A program made the translations under genes and the position numbers. DNA of 64,000 nt from the NCBI RefSeq assembly GCF_000143415.4, contig NW_003314306.1:337087-401086 (forward strand), in the 5' to 3' direction. The notes under the pieces are model-generated. The model ran no database searches, was not told where the DNA came from, and saw only the letters and a program-made list of their open reading frames with translations. Positions 1 to 11,794 of this stretch are shown here, piece by piece (position 1 is the stretch's first letter; each line of letters starts with the position of its first letter). The stretch is from Selaginella moellendorffii. Its lineage: Eukaryota; Plantae; Lycopodiophyta.

Positions 1-3000
1 GTATCGCACCAGCTAGTTTGAATATATCTTGGTCAATAATACCAAGGAACCAGAGTTGCTCAAGCAAGCATCGGCAACATCCTATTGATGTCTCAAACCC
101 AAAAGACCAATCCAGAGTAAACCACAAAGAACATGTGGTATTGCGAAAAGCTAGAAGCTATCAAAGAAAATAACCAACTATTATGAAAGACTATCAATCA
201 TCCTATCAAGAAAGAGATGCATAATCATTGTCAAAGAAAGAATCCACCATCTTGAAGAATAGCGAATCATTCTATATCAACAATAACCAAGCAAAACCTT
301 TGACAAGGATAATTGACCATCCTAATTGATAATCAATCATCACCAATGATTGCTAAATGCAAAAGCAAACTTCAACATTGAAGCTAATGAGCTAAAAATG
401 CCTTTCCTTAACAACTCTGAACAAATGGAACAATGAGCATGAAAACTTAAGGAACCAAAAACTCGAAGAAGCCTATAGCCAAGTTTTTCCTAACAACGAT
501 CACGAGTCTCGCATGGACTAACTTCAATGCTAAAGAAGAAATCATGGTGTAACCCACAATATCCTCCTCAATACATCCAGAAGCTAAACTTCATAATACA
601 AAGTTAATGAAGAGCATATCTGCATCAATTCAAAAGCCAAACATAATGGAGCTATGCTCAACAAGTGATCACGAAACGATCCTTCATCAATCCATCTATA
701 GCAAAACGTAACTCACTTTATAACAAGCACAAGAAGAATCATCAATGATCAATATATTCCAACTTAAATCCAATAAAGATTCAAACATTTCAATATTGAT
801 CACTAACTCTTCTTTTCGTAAAGCTAATATAGTCCATGACTAGATCACTTTTTAAGGAAAAGCCAAAGCTCAACCCCTACTAAATAATCTCATCTAGAAC
901 ACAACTAACTCAAATTTGCCACTCAATTCGTTTGAACGTTAACACAATTGTTAACTAGAAAATGCATGAATGCTAATAACACAAAGCCATAGCTAAATCA
1001 TCAACACTATCTTTATCGAGACTAATGAAACTCGACATCAATCTTTTGGAGAGACATCTTATTTCACTTAAATCTCAACATCAATAATGTCAATGACAAA
1101 TCATCACTTCAATGCTATCAACACCAGAACAAAGCTAGAAGAAAGCAAAAGTGAACCACCACTCAAAACTCTCTTGCAACTAAGCTAACCAAAGTTGAAG
1201 ATACTTTAATCAATATCCGAGACCAGTTCTTCAACAATACTTAGTTTCAGATAACACATCATCAAGGAGTGAATTACCACATCCAAGACTTAATGAAATC
1301 CAACACTACAAACTAAACTTATCCAAATGATATCGACAAAAGAATCGATATGCCAACATGGAAAACCCATGTAAGTTTAACAACACGATCCTCCATAACA
1401 CCATCCGGTAAAGCAAGCCCATCACTGCTAAATTTTCATCGAACGAAGCAAGTGTCACAATCTTTGACAAAGTCTACCAGCAATCACTAGTTGCAAAGCA
1501 ATCAATAATCACTCTTCAACTTGCCTTCACAAGAACCAAACACTACACTTGTGCCATTGAGTCATACACTTGTTCAATATAAACGTAATACCCTAGGTAC
1601 GAGATATTGGCTCATGGACAAGCATGAATTAAATGACCACTCGAATCCTACTCAACTGCAATAAGCTCACTAATGCGTTTAGCCAATAGCTCTGAGCATG
1701 CCTTGAAAAGGCTAGCTATGCATGATCAACACTTAATTAAATTAAAGTGAAGACCATGAGATGAACTTATATCGGTACACAACCTCCTTATAGACAAAAC
1801 TATAGTATGGGTACTAACATCTCAAACTCAAACAACCAAATTGGACATCACTATCCTCAACCAAGGCATAGGGCTACCAAGACTAAGTCAAGATCAGTGA
1901 AAGCTTACTACTCTCATAGAGTCTTAACGAAATACAAAGTGTAATCTGCCACTGAGCATAACACTACAGAAGAAAGGCATAAGGGTCACCCTTCTTAGAA
2001 AAGTGCAATGGCCACTTTTCTATACCAACTCTAGACTCTATCCAACTCAATTGCCTTAGCCCCAAAAGTCAGCATCTCTTTTGGGCCGCATCATACAAAT
2101 TATATACTAAAGTCTAAGCTAATTAAAGTCAACTCCAACCCCTTCACTAGTTTGTATTAGCTTACGAAAATGGAATGGTTTTCGGGCAAATGATCAATAG
2201 ATCAGCCATTGGAAAAGCCTAAGAAAATTTGTGGAAAATTTCCATCCTAAAGAAAAAATGACTCTCAGTCTAGGAGTACAAACTTTCAAGACTCAACTGA
2301 CTTCCTCCTACTAACAACTTCACATAGGTTCACCTTAACATAAATTTTCAAGACCCATAGTATACTTAAGCTCAAACATCTTTTTGCCCATACTTCCGAC
2401 ATCCAACTCCGATATCCGCAAAAATGCAAAATGAACATCCAAGGCTTGATCATGAAGACCATATCTTTGGATATCCAAATTGCACTAACACCCTTCTTCA
2501 ATCACTTTCAAGATACAATGTGAAGCCAAAACACTAACAAGAAAAATGACATGGAAAATTAAACTCTAAAGAAAATTCCTCATCACTCAAAATAACAATG
2601 CCACTTCCACTAACACAAGTGCTAGTAATGTTAATGTCTCAACTACACACTTTCTCCATCCAACAATTTACTCCAAGTACTAACGGATCAGCCAACAAAC
2701 TATAACAAATGAGTGCTATAACTTTTTCAAACATCTCAATGGACAAACTCTCAAGGAACAAGGAACCAACTTATGCTTAGCATAATGGACCACCATCAGG
2801 AATCCAGTCAAATCTACTACAATGCTACTACGTGTAAGTAGACTAGCTTCACTATCAATCACTTTGGGGTTGATCATCGTTTAACCAAGCAATTTCGTAA
2901 ACACATTGCTCACTATCACATGAATATGATATAATAATCACAATGATTTAATCATCAATTGAGCAACACCACAAGCAATGCCTATATCACTACTTCAAAG

Positions 3001-3560
3001 GTTTACGTGAATATCAAGTGCTAACTCAATTTGACAAAATGCAACATAAATGCCACACCCCATCAATAGAGATTTACAACACTTAACACTACTAACTTTT
3101 GTTCACAACATAGGCAAGCTTATGCCACTCTCTTTCCAACCAAACTCAAAATTAATCCAACACCAAGCTACTTAAGGAGCAATAGCAAGGTTCCCTAGAA
3201 AAGAATTGAGCATTGCAACCCAAGTTTTCAATAGCAAGCTTAAAAAAAAATGGTTTAACGCTTCACCACTATTCATCCCATGACTCACCATTTACAAGAC
3301 CATCATTTTCAACATGCATCAAGGTAGAGACTCTTGATTGTATAATGTGAACACGAGCAATGAATCACGCCTCATTGCAAATTATCTCTCCAAGAAGAGA
3401 AAATGATTTACGTATTTGATCCTTCGTCCTTGACGACTCTCTTTTTGGTCTCATTTTTTATCAAATCTCAAGCTTGCTTTTGCACTGCCTTTAATCCAAT
3501 CCAAGAAAAGTTTATGAGAGAGTATAGCAATGATTACTTGAATCAATAGACTCATCCCTA
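1..3560 (+). other. Decayed A/C-rich, G-poor sequence, probably an ancient coding relic (transposon or endogenous virus); not assignable
   Basis: Strong strand asymmetry and no ORF over ~70 aa. Hand translation of + frames gives protein-like stretches broken by scattered stops (e.g. ...SKPITAKFSSNEASVTIFDKVYQQSLVAKQSIITLQLAFTRTKHY... near 1410-1550). No recognisable RT, integrase or transposase motif. Confidence 0.3.
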
Positions 3561-3747
3561 TAGTCTTGATTGATTCACTTGTATTCATGCCTAGGAAGGA
3601 TCCACTAGTGCTGTGCTAAACAGCTACAGACCAGCCTATTTGCCACTCATAGTAAACCCAGGGAAGGTTTACTTTCACCTATGGTACTTGGAAACACTCA
3701 TGGAACTATTGAAACAGCTCATGGAACCACTGATAGGTTAACATTAA

Positions 3748-3960
3748 TCTTGCTAACTCAAAGTGCAACCTTGAGTTGCTAATGTGCCCCATTCACAAGC
3801 CCAAGCATAAACTCATGCAAAATGGTACACTTCAAATCCATCTTACCAACTCAAAGTGTAATCTTGAATTAATAATGTGCCTCACTCACGAGCCCAAGTG
3901 CAAACTTGTGCAAGTGGAATAACTCAATCCCTCTCATGAGCCTAAGAGCAAGCTCACATT
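3748..3960. repeat. Degenerate ~93-bp tandem repeat (2 copies plus a partial third)
   Basis: tcttgctaactcaaagtgcaaccttgagtt...aatgtgccccattcacaagcccaagc at 3748 matches tcttaccaactcaaagtgtaatcttgaatt...aatgtgcctcactcacgagcccaagt at 3841. Confidence 0.75.
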
Positions 3961-4199
3961 ATTACGGTACAAAAAGGTAACCAAATCCATACCCAAGGAA
4001 CAATTGTGAAGCCTTTGCACCCAAACGTGTACCCACTCGGATCATCGTTTTCATCTCTGCGTATGCAACGAGACTAGTTGCCCAATCTCATTGAATAGCA
4101 CTCATTGAGACTCATTCTCTAATACCAAATGTAGCACACGTGGTTTTGACCCTTTATCCTATAATGATTTACTATAGGATAACACCACAAAGCAGAACC

Positions 4200-4703
4200 T
4201 AAACCCTCTTTATGCCACGTGACACATGCCACATGTTATATGCCACATGTCCAAAGGACAGTGGTGTGGAACCCAATGTTCAAGGCCTTGGGCCACTGAA
4301 CGAAGGAACGATGCCAAACTCCCAAGCATGGAGCCAAGGAGTGACGGAAGTGAACCACAAAGCAACTCCCAAGCATATAGCCCAAGGAGCAAAGGGACAG
4401 GAGCCCGAAGTGACTTGGAACAGTCCTAGAGCAACCAGCATCCGAATGCCAGGACCAACATGCAAAATGGAGCCAAACAAAGTCTGGTGCTATTTCGGCA
4501 TACCGGTGGCCTAATGCAAGGACATAGGTACTCCACCAACTAGCATGGAATGGAACTTAGGCTTAGACCCAAGCCGGACGCAGAACAAGAACAAGCACGC
4601 AAGCAAGAGCTAAACTATGCCTCAAGTTGGTCAACCATGCCCGACCTACCCACTATCCCTACTATACATTTGGAACCCCCCATATCCCCCCCCCTCCCCC
4701 CCC
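4200..4703 (-). mobile_element. Possible LTR remnant with adjacent polypurine tract
   Basis: C9-T-C8 run at 4686-4703 reads as a G-rich polypurine tract on the minus strand, followed within 3 nt by TG. Three TGCCAC(G/A)TG motifs at 4213-4250. No second LTR or pol ORF seen. Confidence 0.25.
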
Positions 4704-6849
4704 TGAGGAACACACGCTTTGGGCTTTCACCCCAAGCCTCCCTTAGTATCAGGAGTTAGTCTCTGGGACAAACTTGAAATTTACTAAATATGAAATGGCT
4801 CTAGATTGTGAATTTGGACACAGGATGAACATCATTGTGTTCAAGCTAATCTCTACATTCCATAAATATGCCAAATGAGCAAATTTAAACACTTCCATAA
4901 ATAGCATTTGGGACCGGAATGAAACTAACATAAAGGGCATGATAACGAGGGTGTTTGGCAAACACGGTAAACTATTATCTAGCAAATATTGAGGGACTAA
5001 TTTCAACATCGCGGGGGTTCTTGATATTAGCAAGTGCAAACCAATGACTCAATTTTCTCAAACCAGGCCGAATATGCTCAGCAAGAAACACATAAGGTTC
5101 CTACTTTATGTTTATCTAAGTACATGGTCATTGACCAGTTTCTCAACTAGCTCAAGTGGGAATTAATAATGGGCCCAGCAATACCATCCTCCTACTGTCG
5201 TGGCAGTAAAGAAAAAATATCCGAAAGGAATAGCCGACAAGTAACTTTCGATATCTGAAGTCACATTTGCGACATTAATCATGTTTTCCATATCAAACAA
5301 AGTCCATTTCTTTTTCTTTTTGTATTTTTCTCAAGAAATTGCTAGTGAAAAAATTTAAACTTGAGTTTTTTGGCAATGCATATCGTACTCTAATTTCAAA
5401 CTTGTCCTATACTCTATGACTTTGGTGATAGTTGAAAAACTATATTTCTTACATTATTTAGGCACTACGCCACTAAAATCATTAAAAAAACTGTTTTGTT
5501 CAATGTTGTCTAGACTCAAGACCTTTGCAATTATTAAAGAGATCTATTTGTGATTCTTAGTGCTAAGTAAGTTTAGAATTCACAAGCAATTTTTTCAAAC
5601 TATTTTCAAGCCAAAGAGTGATAGTTTATCCCACCGTGGTCATTAAAAGTGAATAAGGTTTTTTCTGCCTATACTCACATTCTTGCTCTTACCTACAAAA
5701 TAGTGACAAACAAACAGAGACAAAAATGTAGAAGAAGAGAAAAAAAAATGAAGAATGAGAAGAGAATTCAATTTTGAATTCTAAATACGTAAATAAGGAT
5801 AAGCATATCTTATTATCTCAACTCTACTTTGCACAAACATCCATAAACAGAAGAAAAAATGGTTAATTCAAATGCATACAATAGTGAGTGGGGGTTGTTT
5901 TTCAGCATGTCTAAATGTTACTTATATACTATATGATTTTATAACCGTTTCTAACTACTTTTCGCATAGATCAAGTCTTTCTTCTTTGGATGCCTAAGCT
6001 TAGTTATAACTCAATTTCACCTAAAGTTTCTTCTTTTGCTCTGCTTGGGATGATACACAAAGATAAAATATTTACCTCTTTATCAAAAAGTTTATTATTG
6101 ATTTATAAAGCCCTTGTGTATATACTTTAGAGGAGAGAAATGTTTTAGGAGTTAGATACAATCAATTACTCTATAATAAAATATATTTTATTTAATCAAC
6201 TACTTCTTCATTTGTTTTATATTTATTTATTTATTTAATGCCACTACATCATAGATTTTAAGAGTAGATGAGTGAATTAGGCAGTAGGAGATTTTTAAAT
6301 GATAAAGGAAGAGTAATAATTTATAAGTTCTTGAGATTCTTTATTGAAATGACTCATAACTAAAATAAAAATATCATAAAAAAAGCAGTATTTTTTTTCT
6401 AAATTTCTTAAGAGTGGTTTTGTTTATACTAAACATATATTGAAAAATTGCATATGGGCTGAATGTGGTTATAAGAGAGATTGTTTATGTCCAGCAAGAA
6501 GTTTGTGATTTTTTTTTCATATTTTATTTTTTTTCTTCTGTTTACATATTTCTCACAAATGAAGTTTGATTACTCAACAAGAAGAGTATTTGCAAGGTTT
6601 CATAAGCCACTAAAAATAAGATATTTTTGCAGATGCAAAAATGCACAATAAGGATTGCAACCTATCATTAGTCTAAATTTATAAAGCAAGTATTTTTAAT
6701 AACTACTCCACTAATAAAAATCTATCATAATAAGGAGGAGTTGCCAAACTTTTTAGGCCGCTAGATCCAGCCAATTGTAGCTGTTCAATGGGGGTAACTA
6801 TAAAGGGGTTATTTCGGTAATCACATGTTAACGAATAATCGCGCTAATG

Positions 6850-8290
6850 TTTGCTCCCAGCCAATGGGAGGCAGCCAAACCACATGTGGCGGGAGAGGAA
6901 GGCCTGGCAATGTGTGTCACATGGAAATGTGTTGACCATGGCTACACTTGTCATCTGGGTATTGAGATCACTAGAGCACCAAGGTTGCAAGGAAGATTTG
7001 GTGATTGGAGCAAGATTGATCATCCTTCTAGTAGTGGAGTGAGGTGTTGCAGCATCTAGACATGCCACTCAACTGGAACTCACCACCAGTGGCGAGCTGC
7101 CATTTGAAACTGGGAATTTGGGGAACTTGATAGTGAAGTGTTTGTTCTTGAGAACCACATGCTTGTTCCAAGAGATCATGTTAGCATTTGTGTCATGGAA
7201 TTTCACCACTGTTTTGAAAGTACTAGCGGAAACTCCCATAGACTAACCATTCCATCGGAGGAGCAAGCCACAAGCTCAAAGGAACCCTTTTACATAAACT
7301 TAATGTAAAAGCAACAAAGAAAGATGATTTAGTTGGCTGGATGAAAGAAAAGCAAACCTTAGCTTTTGGGTGTTCGACTAATCATCCTCCTAGTGGTGGA
7401 GCAAGGTGTTGCAGCATCCGGACCTGCCGCTCGATTGAAATGCGGTGTTCATTGGCCATAGCAATAGAATCTTCAACATGGAGATGTTTAAGATCTTCAG
7501 GCAAGTGCTGGATTTCATGACAATGTGCCAATTCGGAAGAGTTCTAGATGTGGTGACCATGTATCTTTCTCTCTTTTTCTTTTTATCCATTTTGGCGATG
7601 AATGCAAGGGCATTTTGTGCTACTCCAGGTACTAGACTCACCCAGCAGCAGCATTGCTCGAGCAAGAGGGCTGTTGAGAGATTGGCGATCAAGCAGCCAC
7701 AGAAAAACTATAACCAGGTTATACTTCTCAAGATCGTCTCCCAAGATTGCCAAGATCTTTTCAGGAAGCAATGTGGAAAGCCCATCATAAAAAAATCCAT
7801 CGAGAAGAGGGAATTTTTGCTAGAAAACCATTTGAACTGGAGAACACATATAGTTGTGGTTTTTGTTGGTGTGATTTTGCTCACAACTCCCATATTTGCA
7901 GCCAATGCTCTCAAGATGTGCTCCTGTATTTTGCTGGTAATTTTATTCTTCTCTTTTGTTCTTCAAGAAAGACAAGTTTTTTCTCTCTCTCTAGATTGGA
8001 GCTTGCTTGATGCATTGTAAATCCTTTGTGCTTGCAAACTTATAACAATCAACCTGACGAGACTAAGTGCCAGGTAAGTCTTGAGATTTTGTGTAAAACT
8101 TCTTTTGGATCAATGGATTGTTGTGATTCACAAATACTTTCAAATAAAATGTAGAGACATTTTCAAGAACAAGGTGGTGAATGAATTCAATGATTGCATG
8201 GTGAGCTGCAAGATGAGGGGCATTTCCGAGTCCCACCACCTTGGGGCTCGCGGGTGGCGGATAATGTATGCAGTATTTGATTAAGCAGTA
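6850..8290 (-). other. Higher-GC island inside AT-rich DNA, probably a decayed gene or TE ORF, with an internal ~40-bp duplication
   Basis: Minus-frame stretch ELAHCHEIQHLPEDLKHLHVEDSIAMANEHRISIERQVRMLQHLAPPLGG*. atcatccttctagtagtggagtgaggtgttgcagcatc (7019) matches atcatcctcctagtggtggagcaaggtgttgcagcatc (7381). Confidence 0.3.
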
Positions 8291-9318
8291 ATGTTTTAAA
8301 ATCTTTTTCCTAATTATAAATATCATTTATTAGTACATAATACTATGGAATTACAGTTTCTATAGCATATATATTTACAAGATTTTGTTAGTAATTATTG
8401 TCTTGACTGGATTTGGGTAGTAATATATTAATGTTCCTAAAAACTTATTGTTTTATATTTTAAGTAAACTTCATAATTAAGTAATGTCTTGCTAATAAAA
8501 ATGAGTAATAATTATTCTTAGTAATATTCTCTTAATATAAGTTTATCCCACCTAAAAATATAATTTATATATAATATATTACTAATAATAGAAAATTTGT
8601 TTTTACCTTTTCTGGGTCAGGTGTTTTTCTAAATATATTCATGTTTCCAAATAATAATTTGTATCTAATATTTTTATTAATGAACATTTATTTTTACTTT
8701 TCCCTAGGAATATATTTTGTTCTAAATATTTATATTATCAAGTTTACAAGAATTGACTTTTGTGTTCACCTAACATTTTCTGGGCATAATTCCCTCAATT
8801 CTTCTTTCAAAGTGAAATATAATATTTATTTTTTTGATACTATTCCACTTTTAGTTTTTAATATAACAAAATTATAACAATCAAAACAGTATTTTACTAA
8901 TAGGACAGCATATGCTAGGCAAGTGTTAGTGACAAAATACCAAAGCTAAGTAATCAAGGGGAATAATTTGAAAAATAATCCATAAAAGTTGAAATATAGA
9001 TAGGTACCCACCTGCTGACGTGCCTGACACGTGGCGCGCAGACGAGATTCTGATCGAGAAATTTGGCTATGGCTTCCAGTGGCGCTTTATGCTCCGTTTA
9101 AATCTGGCCCTTGGAGGCGCTCTGGCCGCCTGCCCGAGCGCGGTGAGGGATGTGAGGCGATGCAATCGCGCTTGCCGGGCTTCGCGCAACAAAAGGCAAG
9201 CATAATAGCTGGTGCTTCCTAGGTCTCGTGGGTCTGCGCGATCCCTTTCTTTTCTCTCTGTCTTCTCGCGGCTCTAAGTGGATTTCCAGGACACTAGGGT
9301 TGTGATCGATCGCTGGGC

Positions 9319-11040
9319 ATGGCAGCCGATGTTCTTGGTGGAGGTATTCTCGATTTGGGCGATCGCGGCTGGGCAGCCCAAGCTCCTCCACTGTCACATT
9401 CACAGGTAGGCAAGGTAGGCAGTAGCCAGGAAGTGGAAAAAGTAGTGGATGGCGCCATTGAAAAAATTTGGAGGGTGGAAGATCGCGATCAAACTCCAGA
9501 CTCCTCGCGGGAAGAGCCAGAACTAGATCCAGAGAACCAAGCACAGATTGATTCTACCAGTGAACAGTCGCTGCTAGAGATTTCTTTGCCGAGGAACCTC
9601 TCGTCCCCGGACAAGGCTGTGAGGACCAAGGCTCTGGAAGCTCTTGGAAAATGGCTGGCTTCGTGCTCAATGGTGGAGGAGCGGTGCCTCGTTAGGATCT
9701 GGCAGAGCATTTTCTATTGCATCTGGTCGACGTCCAAGGCCTTGGAACAGGGTGAGCTGATAAGAAACGTAGCGACCATCGTCGGGAGCTTGAGTCCGGA
9801 CATGGCCATCCTCGCGTTCAAGGTGCTGCTCTCGACCATGATCGTGGAATGGAGCGGCATCGAGAAAAAGAAGCTGGAGAAGTTCCGGCTGCTGCTCCAG
9901 ATCTGCTTGAGCCAGATGTTTGTGGTGCTGGAGAGTCACGGCTGGAGCGAAGAACTCATCTCCAAGTTCTCCGAGGCTTTTGGCGAGCGGAGCTTGATGG
10001 AGAGCCAGGCACAGGGCGTCAATCTCTTCTTGGCGCAGGCTTTCGTGGAGGAGCTGCGCAGCCGCATCCCTCCATCGTCGGAGGTGCTGAGGATCCTCCT
10101 CGAGCCATTCGTCGCGGTGTTTGCAACGTCCACGGACAAGACGGTGCTCCAGAGGGTGAGAGACACGGTTTTCCTACAGCTCCTCCAGGAGGCTCGCAAA
10201 GCAGTGAAGGTAGAGAATGGTGGCGAGGAGGAAAAGAAGTGCCTGGGATCTCTCGTCCTCGGTCTTCCACTCGCGGGGAAGTTCTTCGAGCTCTCGGCGG
10301 AGCCATCGTTGGGGGCGATCAACAAGAAGTTCCTCCAGCAGCTCTGCGAAGACTTTAGCAGATCGGAGGGAGGCGTCTCCTCGCCGGCGATGGGGATGCT
10401 CAAGCCGGCCGTGACTCCGCCACCAAAGGTGGTGGTGGCGGAGGAGCTGGCGGAGCCGGCAAGCCTTTCCGTGAATGGAAGGAAGCGGAAGAGGATCACC
10501 GGCGAGGCGGTAGTGTTCCAGTCGCGAAGAGTCCTGAGAAGCGAGTTAAAGCTTGCGCTCCAGAGCAGCGACAGCGATCCAGAGGACAGCCCAAGGAGTA
10601 GTCCGAGGAGGAGCCCGAGACGATCGCGGAGCCCGAGCCCGAGCTTAAGTCCGAGACGAGCGTCACCCAGGAGGAGAGGCGGCAGCGACGAGCAGCCGGC
10701 ACAGTCGGAGAAGGAGGTGGAATCGACGTCGGTGTCGGGCGACGAAGATCTAAGCAGTGGAGGAGGAAAGAAGGTCCGGTTTGCGCTCAAGAACAATCTC
10801 GTCTGGTCTCCACGGCGGCCTCTCCCGCCGGCGTGGGTGAGGGTTCCTCCGTGTGCCGCGCCGCGAGGAAGCGCCATGAAGCCGGGCGTTCTTCCAGGTC
10901 CCATTGCCGATCCTCCTCCGCCCAAGCAGAGGAGGACGAAGGAGAGGAAGCACAGGGGCAAGAAGAAGGCGCCCGGGGTGGGATCGCCATCGCCATCGTC
11001 GTCCGGGAAGAAATCGAAGAAAGCGAGGAAACGGGCGTGA
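9319..11040 (+). CDS. RRP1: Ribosomal RNA processing protein 1 / Nop52 family (RRP1-like), intronless
   Basis: Nop52 core LSSPDKAVRTKALEALGKWL...LVRIWQSIFYCIWSTSK. Plant-type C-terminus KKVRFALKNNLVWSPRRPLPP...PRGSAMKPGVLPGPI, with an RVxF-type motif and basic NLS tail. Telo-box-like tagggtt at ~9295. Confidence 0.9.
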   Translation: MAADVLGGGILDLGDRGWAAQAPPLSHSQVGKVGSSQEVEKVVDGAIEKIWRVEDRDQTPDSSREEPELDPENQAQIDSTSEQSLLEISLPRNLSSPDKAVRTKALEALGKWLASCSMVEERCLVRIWQSIFYCIWSTSKALEQGELIRNVATIVGSLSPDMAILAFKVLLSTMIVEWSGIEKKKLEKFRLLLQICLSQMFVVLESHGWSEELISKFSEAFGERSLMESQAQGVNLFLAQAFVEELRSRIPPSSEVLRILLEPFVAVFATSTDKTVLQRVRDTVFLQLLQEARKAVKVENGGEEEKKCLGSLVLGLPLAGKFFELSAEPSLGAINKKFLQQLCEDFSRSEGGVSSPAMGMLKPAVTPPPKVVVAEELAEPASLSVNGRKRKRITGEAVVFQSRRVLRSELKLALQSSDSDPEDSPRSSPRRSPRRSRSPSPSLSPRRASPRRRGGSDEQPAQSEKEVESTSVSGDEDLSSGGGKKVRFALKNNLVWSPRRPLPPAWVRVPPCAAPRGSAMKPGVLPGPIADPPPPKQRRTKERKHRGKKKAPGVGSPSPSSSGKKSKKARKRA

Positions 11041-11151
11041 GCTTTGTTATATGTTTTGTACATTCGTCTAGTTGAAACAAATGAAGAACCCTAAAAAACG
11101 ACCCTCTCCCTCACAAATAAAGAACCCTAAAAAACAGAATTTGAAGACCTT

Positions 11152-11618
11152 TTATCGGGAGGATTTCTTGAGGCGGAAGAAGAGGCGATTCGCGATTCCA
11201 GTGCCCGCGCAGCGTACGCAGCTGATCTTTCCCCGGCCTTGGCATAGCGAGCACTTCTCCAGCGGCGATCCAGTGAAGAGCCCACCTGAAAATCAACGCT
11301 TGAGAGATTTGCAATTGGAATTTTGCGCGAGCCTGCCTTGTTTGCCGCGGGCCTTGCACATTAGGCAGAGCTGCAATCGCCAATTCAGCACAAGGAGAAT
11401 CAAATCCCAGTCGAACAAGAAAAAGGAGAAGATCACTCAACATTGTAGCCAGTTCCCAAACATTCCTTGCATTTCTTGGGTTTAATTCGCACCTAGGTAG
11501 AAAGCAAGAGAACTCAATGGGAAGAAAGGAATCCCCTGGCACGAACCATCGATAGGAGCCATCGCGGATTTCTTGCTAGCGTTGTGGCCGCTAATTGCAA
11601 TGCAAAGATGGTCGCCAT
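11152..11618 (-). CDS. Small DnaJ-type cysteine-rich zinc-finger protein without J domain (DnaJ-E/BSD2-like), 4 exons, ~96 aa
   Basis: Spliced model MATIFALQLAATTLARNPRWLLSM|VRIKPKKCKECLGTGYN|LCLMCKARGKQG|GLFTGSPLEKCSLCQGRGKISCVRCAGTGIANRLFFRLKKSSR*. Four CxxCxGxG-type repeats; introns ~50-70 nt; the third intron needs a GC donor. Confidence 0.8.
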
Positions 11619-11794
11619 GACCGCCCATCCCGGATCATCCATCCCCTCTTCTAAACTTTAGGCTTCTAGCATTGTAATTCATGTTTTGGCCTGATCGATT
11701 ACGCAAAACTCATTGAAATTCCACATTGTTTATCCTGCTCGATCGATTCTTGCTTTGTTCTTGCCTGGATTGAAGTTCTTCTTTCTCGATTCAC

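Noticed and set aside
7445-8020. 191-aa + strand ORF
   Set aside because: Non-ATG start and no motif; the more protein-like remnants are on the opposite strand
9020-9222. Short ORFs upstream of RRP1
   Set aside because: Non-ATG starts in a GC-rich promoter region with a G-box (gacacgtggc); no coding evidence
9936-11063. 375-aa antisense ORF over RRP1, and similar long shadow ORFs over FUT, DIR, PPO, NYN and PPR genes
   Set aside because: Expected by-product of GC-rich codon usage; low-complexity translations with no domain motifs
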